Positions 26,270 through 39,125 of a DNA stretch of 64,000 nucleotides are shown here, piece after piece. The stretch covers positions 168,950,001 through 169,014,000 of the forward strand of contig NC_042999.1 in NCBI RefSeq assembly GCF_006345805.1, written 5' to 3'. A program made the position numbers and the translations under genes. Source of the stretch: Octopus sinensis (lineage: Eukaryota). A model generated the notes under the pieces. The model was not told where the DNA came from and made no database searches. It was given only the letters and a program-made list of their open reading frames with translations. Every line of letters begins with the position of its first letter. Position 1 is the stretch's first letter.

Positions 26270-26350
26270 CATGCATATATATATATATATATAATACATA
26301 TATATACATATATATATATACATGCATATATATATAATATATATACATGC

Positions 26351-26383
<33 letters not shown>

Positions 26384-26403
26384 CATATATATATATATAT
26401 ACA

Positions 26404-26443
<40 letters not shown>

Positions 26444-26511
26444 CATATATATATATACACATGCATATATATATATACATATATATATACATACATATAT
26501 ATATACATACA

Positions 26512-26591
<80 letters not shown>

Positions 26592-26604
26592 CATACACAT
26601 ACAC

Positions 26605-26641
<37 letters not shown>

Positions 26642-26799
26642 CATACACATATATATACATACACATATATATACATACACACATATATATATATACACCC
26701 ATATATATATATACACCCATATATATATATACACCCATATATATATATATATATATATACAACACACATATATATACACACACACACACATATATATAT

Positions 26800-26830
<31 letters not shown>

Positions 26831-26902
26831 CACAGACACACATATATACACACACACACATATATACACACACACACACACATACACACACACATACATA
26901 TA
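26233..26902. repeat. Compound TA/TACA/CA microsatellite
   Basis: Directly visible. Confidence 0.95.
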
Positions 26903-27198
26903 CGGTCCACGCCTTTACCTCCGTCGAAATTTCTTCGTAATCGTAATTTTTGCCATTTGAACGATATTTCTATAAACTTTCGTCAATATTTATCCATTTT
27001 CCTGAAAGTTGATGGAAAAATCGGATCTTGTGAATTTTCCGAAATTCCTCTCCGCATCCCCCACGTTCGTTTGCATACATTTCTTTCATATTCGTTTTGT
27101 AGACACCTTTTTACACTTCGTAGACTGGGTTTCATTTTGCTTTCGTAAATTTGGTCTTAAACTTTATACGGACCACTCGGTTTTGTACCTCATTTATA

Positions 27199-27642
27199 TC
27201 TATATATATAAAACTGTAGTTGTGTGAGTGTCTGTCCCCTTCGATTTAGATTCCTAACTACTCCCACATTTTGCGGTGCAGTTTAACCAAATTCGGTATC
27301 TTATAGTCGTGATTCATATCGAGCCCGTCTGGGTATTAGCGCGCGTCTACGATGAGTCTACAATTTTAAAAATAATTTACCATAATTTTTTTCCATTTTA
27401 ACGCATATTTTTTTTCCCTCCCTCGTGAAGCTGTGGGGAAGGGAGTGTAAGGAAATCAACGTCGTAAAGCGTTGTCAAGGAGACCAGCGTTCTTTTAGAA
27501 CAACGACTTCATGGCTTGAAGACACCAAAACAGAAATGGCTAAGAAAGCCCGAATTGGCATCTATAAGGGAAGTAACTCTCTAAAAATGCTTATATAGTT
27601 ATTTCCCTTACAAACCCGAGCAACGCCGGGCGATACTGCTAG
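27199..27642 (+). mobile_element. Non-autonomous Helitron
   Basis: A|TC start; subterminal hairpin CCCGAGCAACGCCGGG; CTAG|T end. Confidence 0.8.
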
Positions 27643-27714
27643 TTTATATATAAAATACAACAATTAGCCATCATAATTGACGCAAGGTGTCAGCTCTATG
27701 TAAACTCTACTTAC

Positions 27715-27819
27715 TTTTATAGAAGTACCTCCTTTGATATCCTTTTTCTTCCCTTCATCTTTAGGCTTTTCGCTGTTATCTTTACCCTTGCCTCCTTTCG
27801 TGCTTTTATTTTTCGGCAT
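27715..27819 (-). CDS. PIN4: PIN4/parvulin-14 exon 1 (MPKNKSTKGGKGK...GGTSIK)
   Basis: Basic Lys/Gly-rich N-terminus typical of Par14; ATG at 27819; GTAAGT donor at 27714, phase 0. Confidence 0.92.
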
Positions 27820-27995
27820 AACTACACAAGTCGTGATGCCATGTGTTTTGAATCGCAACCCGAACTGAAGAGTGTTACAGACAAGCGATATGATTGGCCA
27901 ACATACGAACTTATAACCAACCAATCGCAAGCCTCATTACAAACTATTCTTGTATAAAGCGCTGTTCCCGAATCCGTTCAACACTTACGTATCCA
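27820..27995. promoter_or_regulatory. Bidirectional promoter shared by PIN4 and GPALPP1
   Basis: 176 bp between divergent ATGs; opposed CCAAT boxes (ATTGG 27893-27897, CCAAT 27921-27925); TATAAA 27953-27958. Confidence 0.7.
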
Positions 27996-28029
27996 ATGTC
28001 TGGGCAGTACGGACCCGTTCTACCTCCAG
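27996..28029 (+). CDS. GPALPP1: GPALPP1 exon 1 (MSGQYGPVLPPG)
   Basis: GPxLPP motif; GT donor at 28030 in phase 1 joins exon 2 to give GPVLPPGFK, like vertebrate GPALPPGFK. Confidence 0.85.
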
Positions 28030-28333
28030 GTAAAAATAAACACATATGAGTCATTCCTTTCTCATTTAGTATTCATTATGAAACATGTTTTAACTGTCAA
28101 TAAATAAGGTCGATAACAAGTTTATTGTAAATATAACACCAAGTCCGTTTGTCATTTTGGAATACTTTCACTTTAATTTTTGATGTGCTACTCATGTGTC
28201 CAATTCCTCACATGTGCTTTTATACTGAAAGTGTGAAACAAAATATCTGCATGTTAATGCTTATTTATTTACTAGCATACCCGTGTTTTATTAATGATAG
28301 AAAATGGCACATCAACACACAGGAAAAAACTAA

Positions 28334-29079
28334 GGATCTTTTCGGTTTGAACGGCAGTTTTTAACATAGTTTCTAGCTAACTAAAAAATTTTAAACTTCG
28401 TATACTGGTAGAATATGTTTATAAAACATCTTTTTCTCTTGGCTATAGTTTGTAAGTTATTTGTTGTTTTATTTCTGCAATTTCAACCAATCAATTACGT
28501 CTATTGAGGTAAACAACATTCTGTGCAGTATGAATATGTCCCTCGTTTAAGAAACAGATTGGGTTTACTCTTTTACTTGTTTCAGTCATTTGACTGCGGC
28601 CATGCTGGAGCACCGCCTTTAGTCGAGCAGATCGACCCCAGGACTTATTCTTTGTAAGCTCAGTACTTACTCTATCGGTTCTCTTTTGCCGAACCGCTAA
28701 TTGACGGCGACGTAAACACACCAGCATCGGTTGTCGAGCAATGCTAGGGGGACAAACACACATATATATATACATATATACGACGGGCTTCTTTCAGTTT
28801 CCGTCTACCAAATCCACTCACAAGGCTTTGGTCGGCTCGAGGCTATAGTAGAAGACTCTTGCCCAAGATGCCACGCAGTGGGACTGAACCCAGAACCATG
28901 TGGTTGGTTAGCAAGCTACTTACCACACAGCCACTCCTGCGAAGAAAAATAGATACCCTTCCCCCACCCCTAACCACAAAACATTGAAATGCAATAGATT
29001 GATACTAGGGTCATAATTATGGGTGACAATTTCATATGACACCGCTAGAAAAAAACTGCCGTTCAAACCGAAAAGATCC
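28334..29079. mobile_element. TIR element (Merlin-like) with nested SINE A (28565-28940)
   Basis: Perfect TIR GGATCTTTTCGGTTTGAACGGCAGTTTTT at both ends. Confidence 0.8.
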
Positions 29080-29141
29080 AGAACTATTAACAATTGTCAG
29101 CAATCTAGTCTGTACATACACAGAATTGAAGCTGTAACTAT

Positions 29142-29350
29142 TTCTTTATTGCCCACAGGGGAATAAACATAGGGGGGACAAACAAGGACAGACAAAGGGA
29201 TTAAGTCTTGCGTAACTGGTACTTATTTAATCGACCCCGAAAGGATGAAAGGCAAAGTCGACCTCGGCGGAATTTGAACTCAGAACGTAACGGCAGACAA
29301 AATACGGCTACACATTTCGCCCGGCGTGCTAACGAGTCTGCCAGCAACTT
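29142..29350 (-). mobile_element. SINE family C
   Basis: Reverse complement of the 52539 copy. Confidence 0.8.
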
Positions 29351-29677
29351 TCGCCCACATAATGTTTGTTTGTGTATACATATAAGCATACATATGAACA
29401 TAAATAATAAGGACGGCTTGTTCGCAATTTTACAACCGAAAGGCAGAAATATATACTTTAGTAAGTGACTGAGGGCACTAGTCAGCAACAGTATTGCTAG
29501 AAATAAGTGTTAAAACAATTCATAGCCATAAGAAGCACCGGCACTGTCATGCTTTTAGCTGTCAGAAGTGAAAGTCGTCAACTTCGTTAATTTACGCCGT
29601 TTATTTACGTACCACCACGCTGTTAGGTTTATAAAACAATTGAAGTTCAGTTTAAAGTTTATAAATAAATACATTTG

Positions 29678-30104
29678 GGCGATCTTTTGTCCCTAGTAGA
29701 CCTTTCCGTCGATTTCCGTAAAAAAATTTTTTTTTTTACTTATGGGCTTGCGGGAACTTTTGAAGTAATATACATACATATACACATACACCGAGTAAAA
29801 AATTTCAGTTATCTCTTTCTTTCACACATTACTCTCTCTGTCTCTTCACACACACTAACAGAAGCACTTCACTTACACAACATACTGTCTGTCTCCCACA
29901 CCCCACCAAACACACACACACACACACATGTACATCAATGCTTCACATGCACGGTAACTTCAAAAGAATTTCTCTCGTCATACAATCGATTTCTCTTAGT
30001 CTCTTTCGCTCTCATTACTTCAAAAGTTCCCGCAAGCCCATATGTAAAAAAAAAATTTTTTTACGGAAATCGACGGAAAGGTCTACTAGAGACGAAAGAT
30101 TGCC
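29678..30104. mobile_element. MITE with ~90-bp TIRs and 8-bp TSD (Merlin-like)
   Basis: TSD TACATTTG at 29670-29677 and 30105-30112; GG termini. Confidence 0.85.
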
Positions 30105-30112
30105 TACATTTG

Positions 30113-31100
30113 TTGTCTTCTATACCATATGAAGCTATATCCCCTTCTATTTCGTCAAAGGCTCCGAGTAATATATCTCTAAATCTCTGTCCGTTTGCAG
30201 GATCTTTAAGTCTCCAGACCCATCTTCTCCTTGCGGGTTGTCTTCTGGGCATCCATTTAACCCTGATCCTGAAGTCACTAACTACCAGTGTTGTGGGGTA
30301 CATTCTTCGCCTGGGAAGGTTTTGGCATTTATAAGCAGCCCTCTTTCCCTTTTTCTGGCGAGGATATAGTCAATTTGGCTGGTGTGTCTGCCAGATCATT
30401 AGGTGACTAGGTGACGGGCGGGTTTCCTGAAGTTAGTATTGCAAACCATAAGATCATTTGCATTGCAGAACTCCAGCAGTCTGGTTCCCTCCTCATTGCA
30501 GGAACCAAAACCATAGCTTCCATGTATTCCATGGAAGCCCCCCTGCACGTTGTCCAACATGTCCATTGAAATCACCAGCCACAAAAAGAAGGTCTCTGTC
30601 ATTCGTCGACAAAGTAATCTGCAATAGGATGTCATAGAATCGGTCTTTCTGCCCCTCCAGTAGCCCCAGATGAGGGGGCATAGGCCGAGTTAATGGTAGC
30701 TGACCTATGGTGAAGCACTAATCTAATCTTAAGTACTCTGTCACATACTCTGACTACCTCGATTACCTTATCAACCCATTTCTCTGCAAGAAGTATACCC
30801 ACGCCCCCGACCCCATCAGTGTTCCCTGCCCAGAAAATCTTGTACCTGTGTTCTTTGCCTGTGAGGAACCTCCTCTCCACCTTACTTCTTGGATGCAGCA
30901 CAAATCTACACGTCTCCGCTCAAGCATCTCAACAATCTCACCAGACTTACCTTTCAGTGTGCCAACGTTAAGTGTACCAACTCTGAAGGTGTGGGCCTGT
31001 GAGACCCTGGGATGAGGGACAGCAGTGTCATGTACCTGAAAAGAAAGCTCGCTTTTGGCAGAATTCATAAGAAACACTAGACTACAACCTATGGACAATA
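30113..31100 (-). mobile_element. RTE LINE 5' part, APE domain (different subfamily)
   Basis: FRVGTLNVGTL, CCIQEVRWRG, SAYAP, GDFNGHVG. Confidence 0.9.
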
Positions 31101-32649
31101 CACCATTTTCATGCGCTATATGATCAAATAGACCCTACATAGGGGTGGGGGGACATTTGGCCCTTAGAAGTGTTCGCGGGAGGAAAACGAGGAAGATATA
31201 GGTTAGGGACTTCCGGTTAATATGGAGGGGGGGCGGAGGGTGTACTGCGAACCAGCAAGTTTAGACTAAAGCATCGTCTTCTGCCCTTGTATACTATGGT
31301 TAGAGAGAATGAATGAACGAAATGATAACCTTGGTTAGGAAGGATAAATAAGTGAAACATTGCGATTAACAGATATGCATGATCTTAAGACAAACAGGAA
31401 GACGAAGCTATCGCTACTATGTTTACATGATAAAGAAATAGATAGATTATATAATAATAATAATAGAGAACGAATGGGGGTGGTGCATTAGGGTTACGAT
31501 CTACGCATTAAACATGGAGAACAGGAACGAGGTTGAGGAGTCCAAATTTTCCTTATCTCGGCATCTTCTGAGATCCGTGTTCTATCGGCAGAGGAATTGA
31601 AAAATCGAGTTGGGGAAAATACAAGGCTTGCACTAGTTTATATAGTTAGGTTTAAGGGGGGAAGTGTTGGTGTAACAGGTGGTAAATCAAAACGAGAGAG
31701 AGCAGCCTTACTACAGATTTCAGTACCCCTCATACAGACCAAGCCACAAATAATCATATTCTATTTACTATATAAAATTAATTAGTTCATACATGAGCAG
31801 TGTCCCTTTAATATCACGCAAAAATTTATAAAAATTTGAGAATTAAAATTAAGTATCTTTTTTTCTTACGGATAAAATTTTACAAAACCTTTACCAATAT
31901 TTGCCTTTAACATTCTTCATTCGTATTAATATAATTTCTGTACTGTACAGAGACAATGTTACAAATGAATATATTTAAAGAATTTTTTAAATAATTTTTA
32001 AAAAAATGAGGATACAAATTTAATAAAATGACTTTATTTTAGATAAATTAAATAAAGTTAATATTGAATCATATTATGATTCTGCTTGTTCCTTCCTTAG
32101 TTAGTTCATCTGTTACACTCTTCATATAATATATAAGAGAAGGAACAGAGAGGTAGTGAGAGAGAAAGAGACAGAGAGAGAGAGTGGTGATGGTGTGTGA
32201 ATGCGTGACATTCTGTGTGCTTATAGATAAATAGACACATGTCTATACGGAACACAAGTAGATAGATGAATATATCAACAGATTGTTAAATCAAAGAGAA
32301 ATAACCACAGTAAATTTTTGATGTTACTTTTACATTTCGATACAGAAGAGAGACAAAGAGGTAGTGAGAGAGAAAGAGTGAGAGGGAGAGGGAAAGAGTG
32401 GTGATAGAAAGTGTGTGTGTGAACGTGTGACATTCTGTGTATGCATTTATACATACATGTATAGATATGTGTAAACTGTAAATCGGGGATGGGATTTTTA
32501 TCCATATATCTAATGAAACAAACTTTGAAATTGAAATCAAATGTAATCTGCCTCAGACAAATATGTCTATCTAATAAAATAATTAAATAAACCAAATTTT
32601 GAAATTGAAATAAAATGTTACTCAAAATGTGGAGGTTTTTTTTTTTTTT

Positions 32650-33142
32650 TCGTGGGTGCGCAGTGGATGATCTCTTCAACAATACATGAGAAGAAGCAGA
32701 GTAATTCTTTCGCCAAAGAACTCGGACTGCCTCCTGATCAATGAAGAAGTTTTCAGACAACTTCCAGGTGACTGCCGCACCTATTATAGTACAGATAAAG
32801 TTTTGACAGATGGTCCTGCTGAGGCTGAGCGCTATCCACTGAATTTCTAAACTCTTTGACACCATCAGGAATGCCTCCTCATAAATTGAGTTTGAAACCT
32901 GGGTCAGTAGTACAAGACTGGAAGTGGTAGCCATGGATCAACATGCAATCGAGGCTTCCTTGATTAGCAGCTCACTAGTTGGTAAACGTGTCCTTGTCCC
33001 CGGAATAAAGCTGGTTCCAAGCAACCTTAACTTTGGAGAGAACCCAGTTTTCTGTCCGTTTGTCATATGCCGTGACTATTAACAAGTCACAGGGGCAGAC
33101 ATTTGAGAAGATGGGATAGTTCTTACCTCAGCCAGTCTTCAT
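32650..33142 (+). mobile_element. Helitron PIF1-type helicase remnant
   Basis: ILSPKNSDCLLINEEV and QFSVRLSYAVTINKSQGQTF...PQPVF from hand translation; contains stops and frameshifts. Confidence 0.8.
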
Positions 33143-33914
33143 AAAATTTTATGAAACCTTTACATTTCTTTAACATTTCTCTTTCATATTAATGTCAATA
33201 TAATAATTCTTAATCAAGAATGTTGTAGATTCAAAGTGTCGATGTCGGGTGTTTCTACCCATCAGTTTTGTCTATACTTTTTCGTCTCTTAACTTTTGTT
33301 CTACTGCACCAGATTTTAAGTATTTTATGTCTAAACGTAGCTTATGACGAGTCAAACATAATTCAGAAAACTAAATTTGATTTCAATTAAAACTGAATTA
33401 ATGAGACTGCTTGGAAGACACCGACTGCGACAAAAAAGCTACATTAAGAATATTATTCAACCACTACTGTATTTGAATGATAAAATAAATGATTTATGAG
33501 TGTTTTGTTGTTCATGTGTTGTTTCTATCAGACTCTCAAAATAATGAAACCAAATCACACATGACCTATAGATGTGAGATGCCCAAGTGGATAAAGTATT
33601 GAACTATCAATTCATAGGCGATGAGTTCAAATCTAATGCTGAAATTGTGCAGTTTCTCAACATGATCCTTAACTTTGCATTCACATACTGTTAACCTAGC
33701 TGTTTGAAGTATGTACCAAATCAGATTTATTTCCCATACCATGTAACTGAAGAACGAACCAACCCTTTAAAGTTCTTTGAAGTCTAGGAAACATTTACAT
33801 TACATTTTACATACTATATGCACCTGGAGCTTTTACTGTCTACCATTCTACTACATTTAAACTTGAGATATGGGTACTTTTTATCATTAAGTGTTTTCTT
33901 CTCTAATTAAACAG

Positions 33915-34606
33915 GTTTTAAACGGAGTCATGTTAATGACAATATCCTAACATCATCTGAGGGAAATGTTTCATCTGAAGATAATTTACCTACCTGTTCC
34001 AATAACACATCAAACTCTGGAGAATCTGACTTCATAGATAGTGAGAAGATGGCTCATCTTCCAAAAAAAGATACTAAAGTGTCAAGTTCTTGGCAGCAGA
34101 TTTCGTCAGGTGATTACAGAAGTGCCTGTCAAAAGACACCGGTATCCTCTCTGTCACAGAAAGAAGATAATATCGTGGTCGGACCCATAGTTCGAAGCTC
34201 ACAAAAGAGTAAATTGTCAACATATAATGTTGAAGAAAGTTCATCAACGCCTCTTAAAGAGCACAAAATAATTGGCCCACAGCTTTCTAATATGAACACT
34301 ATTGAAACGAAAGCTTCTACATGCTCCTCACCTGACACTTTCAACAATGAACCTTTTCCTGATGCAAACCAAAGCAGGTGTGCCAGTTCATATGATGTTT
34401 TTGGACCAGCATTACCCCCTGATTTAATCAAGGACAAAGCAAAAGATAATTGTTCAGTAAGTGAGAAACCATCAACTTTAATCGAAGATTTTTCCTTAAT
34501 TGGCCCTCTTCCTTCTGAAATGTTCCAACAAGGAATGAAAGATGAATCGATATCAGATGATATTGAAAAAAGATCTTTGGACATGAAAGACAAACTCACA
34601 AAGAAG
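33915..34606 (+). CDS. GPALPP1: GPALPP1 exon 2 (low complexity, FGPALPP and IGPLP motifs)
   Basis: CAG acceptor ends 33914; frame open throughout; GTACAG donor at 34607. Confidence 0.9.
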
Positions 34607-35106
34607 GTACAGATCTTTTTTCTTTCTACTTTCATTATACTCTATCCTTTGCTTTGGCATGGTATCATGTTTTGTTTTTACCTCCTGTTTTTTTATCTCA
34701 GTTATTATTGTTTTTTTTTTGTCTCTAGCTCCAGTTATTTTTGTACAAACAATTTGGAATGGCTTTTGCATACAAAACCTGTTCTAGCAATAGGCTTTCT
34801 GGTGACTTAAGATTTGGTACTAAAAACAAACATATATTCAAATATTGACTTTGTATATCTGCATTTGAATATAGATATGTGTATGTTTCTATATTGTAAT
34901 ATTCTAATATATTGTTTTGAACAACTGTAACCTTGAATATAGAACATATGTATGTATATTGCTGTATATTATTATTATATATATGTATAGGAGTATGGGT
35001 ATATGCACTCATATGTATGTGTATATTATATATTATGGGTATGTACCCACTCTTGTATGGGTGTACCTCCTCTGATTTTCATATTTAATTTAGTTTGTTC
35101 TTCATA

Positions 35107-35233
35107 ATCTCTGAAGAGGCCTTGGGATATTTTTGTAAGTGTCTCATTTATAACTACATATTAACCTATCACACATGGCTAATATGAGCATAATGAGATA
35201 CCCATATCTGCATGGCCGAAACAGCTGTAAGAT
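35107..35233 (+). ncRNA. Type I hammerhead ribozyme with long stem II, in GPALPP1 intron 2
   Basis: ATCT-CTGAAGA-GGCC-(92 nt)-GGCC-GAAA-C-AGCT-G-TA-AGAT; predicted cleavage after A35229. Confidence 0.78.
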
Positions 35234-35442
35234 GTAGTTTATATTTATATTTGTATTTATTTATATTCACTTATACATACTGTACTTATTGTATCTTATT
35301 ACTCATTGATGTACATTGTTTTGTTCTATATTATTACGTTTGACCTTAATGTTCATATGTAGTGGTTTAATAAATTATGTGATTGGGTATTATCTGGTAG
35401 TTGATTATTGATTAAGATGTATTTCTCCATTTCCTTATTTTG

Positions 35443-35486
<44 letters not shown>

Positions 35487-35504
35487 TATATACGACCACA
35501 CACA

Positions 35505-35670
35505 AATATACGACAGGCTTCTTTCAGTTTCCGTCTACCAAATTTACTCACAAGGCTTTGGTCGGCCCGAGGCTATAGCAGAAGACACTTGCCCAAGGTG
35601 CCACGCAGTGGGACTGAACCCGGAACCATGTGGTTCGTAAGCAAGCTACTTACCACACAGCCACTCCTAC
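35505..35670 (-). mobile_element. SINE family A head fragment
   Basis: Matches the 5' half of other copies. Confidence 0.8.
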
Positions 35671-36099
35671 GCTTAAAAACAGGCAACTTCATGTGGGTTT
35701 GAATTCAGCGACACTGGAAAAAGCCTACGAGAAGATTTGTTCCTGTACCGACACCCTACCACTTCTGTCAGACCACCCTCCTCCTTTATTTTATTATAAA
35801 TGTAAAACAACAGCATGAAAGAATCAACGTAAGCTTAAATAGTAAACCGCAATAGGGGAATTGCGATATGGTGAGGGTTCACTGTATATATATATATATA
35901 TCTGTACACATGAATGTGTATATGCACGCGTGAATATATCTATAAATATATTGTCATTATAAAGATGAAATTGTCTATAAACATATTATATAAATATATT
36001 ATTATTATAAGATGAGGTGCTCAGAAAAAGGAGAATATACTAAAAAATAATAATTTTGTTGGCTGAAAAAGGAAAAAGTACTTACCTTCAGTTCGTAAC

Positions 36100-36728
36100 A
36101 GGAAAGAAAAATAGATAAAACAATTCAAACCTCTGATCTACATAGTTTCATCAATCAATAATGGTCCAAGCATAATGAACCAGCACAAACCACATCAAAA
36201 GCTGAATGGAATCAAAAAATGGTCATGCTGTCAATTTGGTGGGATTACAGAGGTGTTGTGTATTTTGAGCTGCTTTTAAGGAACCAAACGATCAATTCAG
36301 ATGTTTGCTGTCAACAACTAATGAAAGTGGAAGAAGCAATCATAAAAAATGGCCAGAATTGGCAAATTATAAAGGAATTGCATTACATCATGACAATGCT
36401 AGACCACACATGCCTTTGCTAACTTGTGAAAAATTATTGAAGCTTGGTTGGGAAGTGATGTCATATCCACCATCAAATTACCATTTATTTAGAAGTTTGC
36501 AAAATTTTTCTATGATGATGACCTGAAATCACACTTGCTTCAGTTTTTGGCTGATAAAGACCAGACGTTCTATGAGCACGGATTCATGAAGTTACCAGAA
36601 AGATAGCAAAAGGTCGTCAAACAAAATGGAAAACATATAATTAAATGAAGTTCATTCTTTGTATGAAAAAAAACAATGACTTTTAATTCACACTAAAAAA
36701 TTGAAATTACTTTCTTGCCAACCCAATA
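36100..36728 (+). mobile_element. Mariner transposase remnant with right TIR
   Basis: [17 protein letters not shown]; LHHDNARPH; TIR ...TTACTTTCTTGCCAACCCAATA. Confidence 0.85.
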
Positions 36729-37789
36729 TATATATATGTGTGTGTATGGGGAAAGTAGGGAGAAAAAGCGCGAAAATGCACATTGAATATTAAAAAAATA
36801 AAGGCTTTTTTATGAAAAGTAGTGATAAATAAATACAATTAGATGAACTGAGGTAGAATTAAGAGGAATTAAATTCATTATTTTGAATTGTTAAAGAGAT
36901 TCAAAGTCAAACTGGTATCGTCATTGCTGTTCACTGGCTTTGAATGCACACTGATTATCAAATGGTGTCGGGTCTACTAGTCCCTGAGTAAAAAGATTGT
37001 GTAAGGGAGGTAAGTAGTTCTGGATGTGGTGCAATTAGGATCAATATAATACTGTAATATGAATGGTATAAGGAATTTATGGATGTTAGTGGCATTATTG
37101 GTAAGGTTAGTAGTGTTCTGTGGTATGTAGTGTTCATGTTGTGGATGATATTTATTGATGAAAGTTGCTTCTTTATTCATTCTTTGCTGTACTGAGGTGT
37201 TCTGTGAATATTGATAGAAGAGGAAAATTAGGAAATTCGGATTAAGATTCCTAGCACACCTATCTATGTGTTCACTGACCTGTATCTGTCTATTGTGGGT
37301 GGCGGATTTGCACCATCCTCTTATCTATACACCTCCTACCTCATCATAACCCAATTTGTCTCTTGCCTTGTTTTTTATCTCTTCTCCAGTGGGTCACAGT
37401 ATTTTACTGACCTTCTTTCTGTGTGCTTTCTGATAGCTCTAACCCCTTCCCTACACCAATGCTTTCTCTTTTGTCATTACTTAAACTACTTACTTAATCC
37501 ATGTCCTTGTCACTGTCCACCCAATACATTCCATCACATCCTTCCTACTCCCATTGGTTAACATATTTCTCAGGTATTTATAAATGCTACTTCCTGAGGG
37601 TTCTTCATATTTCTACATTCCATCTGAAGATGAACGTTTCATTTTCAGACAAATTCTTTTATTGCTTTTTTTAATAGTATTTTTAATGCTGATTATGGAA
37701 ATAAATTTTGTTCTTATCTATTTCCAATATTTTACTTGAAATTTTATTTTGAAGATACCATTTTCAGCAAAAACAAGATAACTCGTCTC

Positions 37790-38005
37790 TCTCTTTTACC
37801 CTTTTATTTGTTTTAGTCATTTGACTGCGGCCATGCTGGAGCACTGCCTTTAGTCAAACAAATCAACCCCAGAACTTATTCTTTGTAAGTCTAGTACTTA
37901 TTCTATCGGTCTCTTTTGCTGAACCGCTAAGTTATGGGGACATAAACTCCAGCATCAGTTATCAACTGATGGTGGGGGGACAAACTCAGACACAAACATA
38001 CACGC

Positions 38006-38092
<87 letters not shown>

Positions 38093-38100
38093 GTTTCTTT
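37790..38100 (-). mobile_element. SINE family A, head missing
   Basis: Similarity to other copies. Confidence 0.75.
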
Positions 38101-38104
38101 CAAT

Positions 38105-39125
38105 TTTGCCCTTTTCAGCTCTTCAGGCACTTTCTTTCTATTCAAACAGAGTGCTATAAATATCAGTGTCGTGACTAACCAGAGTATCAGCTAATTGCAG
38201 ACTAGTGTAAAAGTTATGCACAGTAACACAATAACCTTTACCAAGTAAAGGCTTCATCAAAGACAACACAACATGAGAACTCTTGGGATATTCACTATAT
38301 TCTGAATCAAACTGTGTTCCTTTGCCAACATAAATGATTACTCTATAGACATATCCAGTCTTTGCTTCACACAAAAAAAAATTCTTCACTCCAAACCTCC
38401 TACCTTTTAGAGGTATGCACTGAATCCATCCTAACCATCCCTTGAACAGCATAAGGCTTTCGTCTATTGATAAATCTTGGTTAGGGGTATAATACTTCAT
38501 AAAGTTCTCACTAAACATCATAAACTTTATACAGTTTTAGGTTGGGATGTGTTTCTGCATCAAAAGTTTCACTGTTCACAAAATGAAGAAGACACTGTTT
38601 TATCTTATTATCGTGTTTCAAACTGATCAGCTTCCAAAAAATTGGTCTTTCAAGCAGTTCATCTTTCGACCAGTTCATTTCTTGATCTGGCATTTTCACA
38701 ATACCCCCAAGCATTTCCAAGGTGAAAAACACACAAATTTCTGCCTTTGTTACAGGGTACTACATGCAATCTCTTTCTCCAGTTCAGCAAAGCAGTTAGT
38801 TTCGTCCACAACTCAATCAGTAATTCTGTTGTCACAAAAAAAGACTAAAAAAATCCAAAGGAGTCATATCAGCTGTGTCTTGATCAATTGATACTCTAGG
38901 ATTTCCAGTGAATGGGAAGTGTAGTGGTGGAGGGAGCATGCATTCTTCTGACATCACATGTCAGCACCAAATTCGTCCATCTTCCTCCTCCTCCTCCTCC
39001 TCCTCCTCACTTAAGAGAGAATAGCCATTATCAGACAAGCTTGCACTCTCATCTGATGTACCCAAGCTTCTAATAGAAGGTTCATACTCATTGTCATCTT
39101 CTGAGCTCAACATCCAGGCATAATT
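38105..39125 (-). mobile_element. piggyBac (PGBD4-like) transposase remnant
   Basis: YTPNQDLSIDESLMLFKG...PLK..RFGVK; NFYTS. Confidence 0.85.

Noticed and set aside
26150-27148. Long YI/HT/CV-rich ORFs (also 3914-4504 and 16825-17295)
   Set aside because: Stop-free frames of TA/CA microsatellites
32275-32934. 219-aa minus-strand ORF or processed pseudogene with poly(A)
   Set aside because: Antisense frame of a plus-strand Helitron helicase remnant
34049-34810. 253-aa single-exon gene
   Set aside because: Internal part of GPALPP1 exon 2 plus intron read-through after the 34607 donor
37620-37660. CTGAAGA-TGAA...TTCA-GACA hammerhead-like motif
   Set aside because: GAAA and the cleavage site are not intact and stems are weak
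38138-38732. Domesticated PGBD gene
   Set aside because: Frameshifts and truncation by a SINE; a TE remnant
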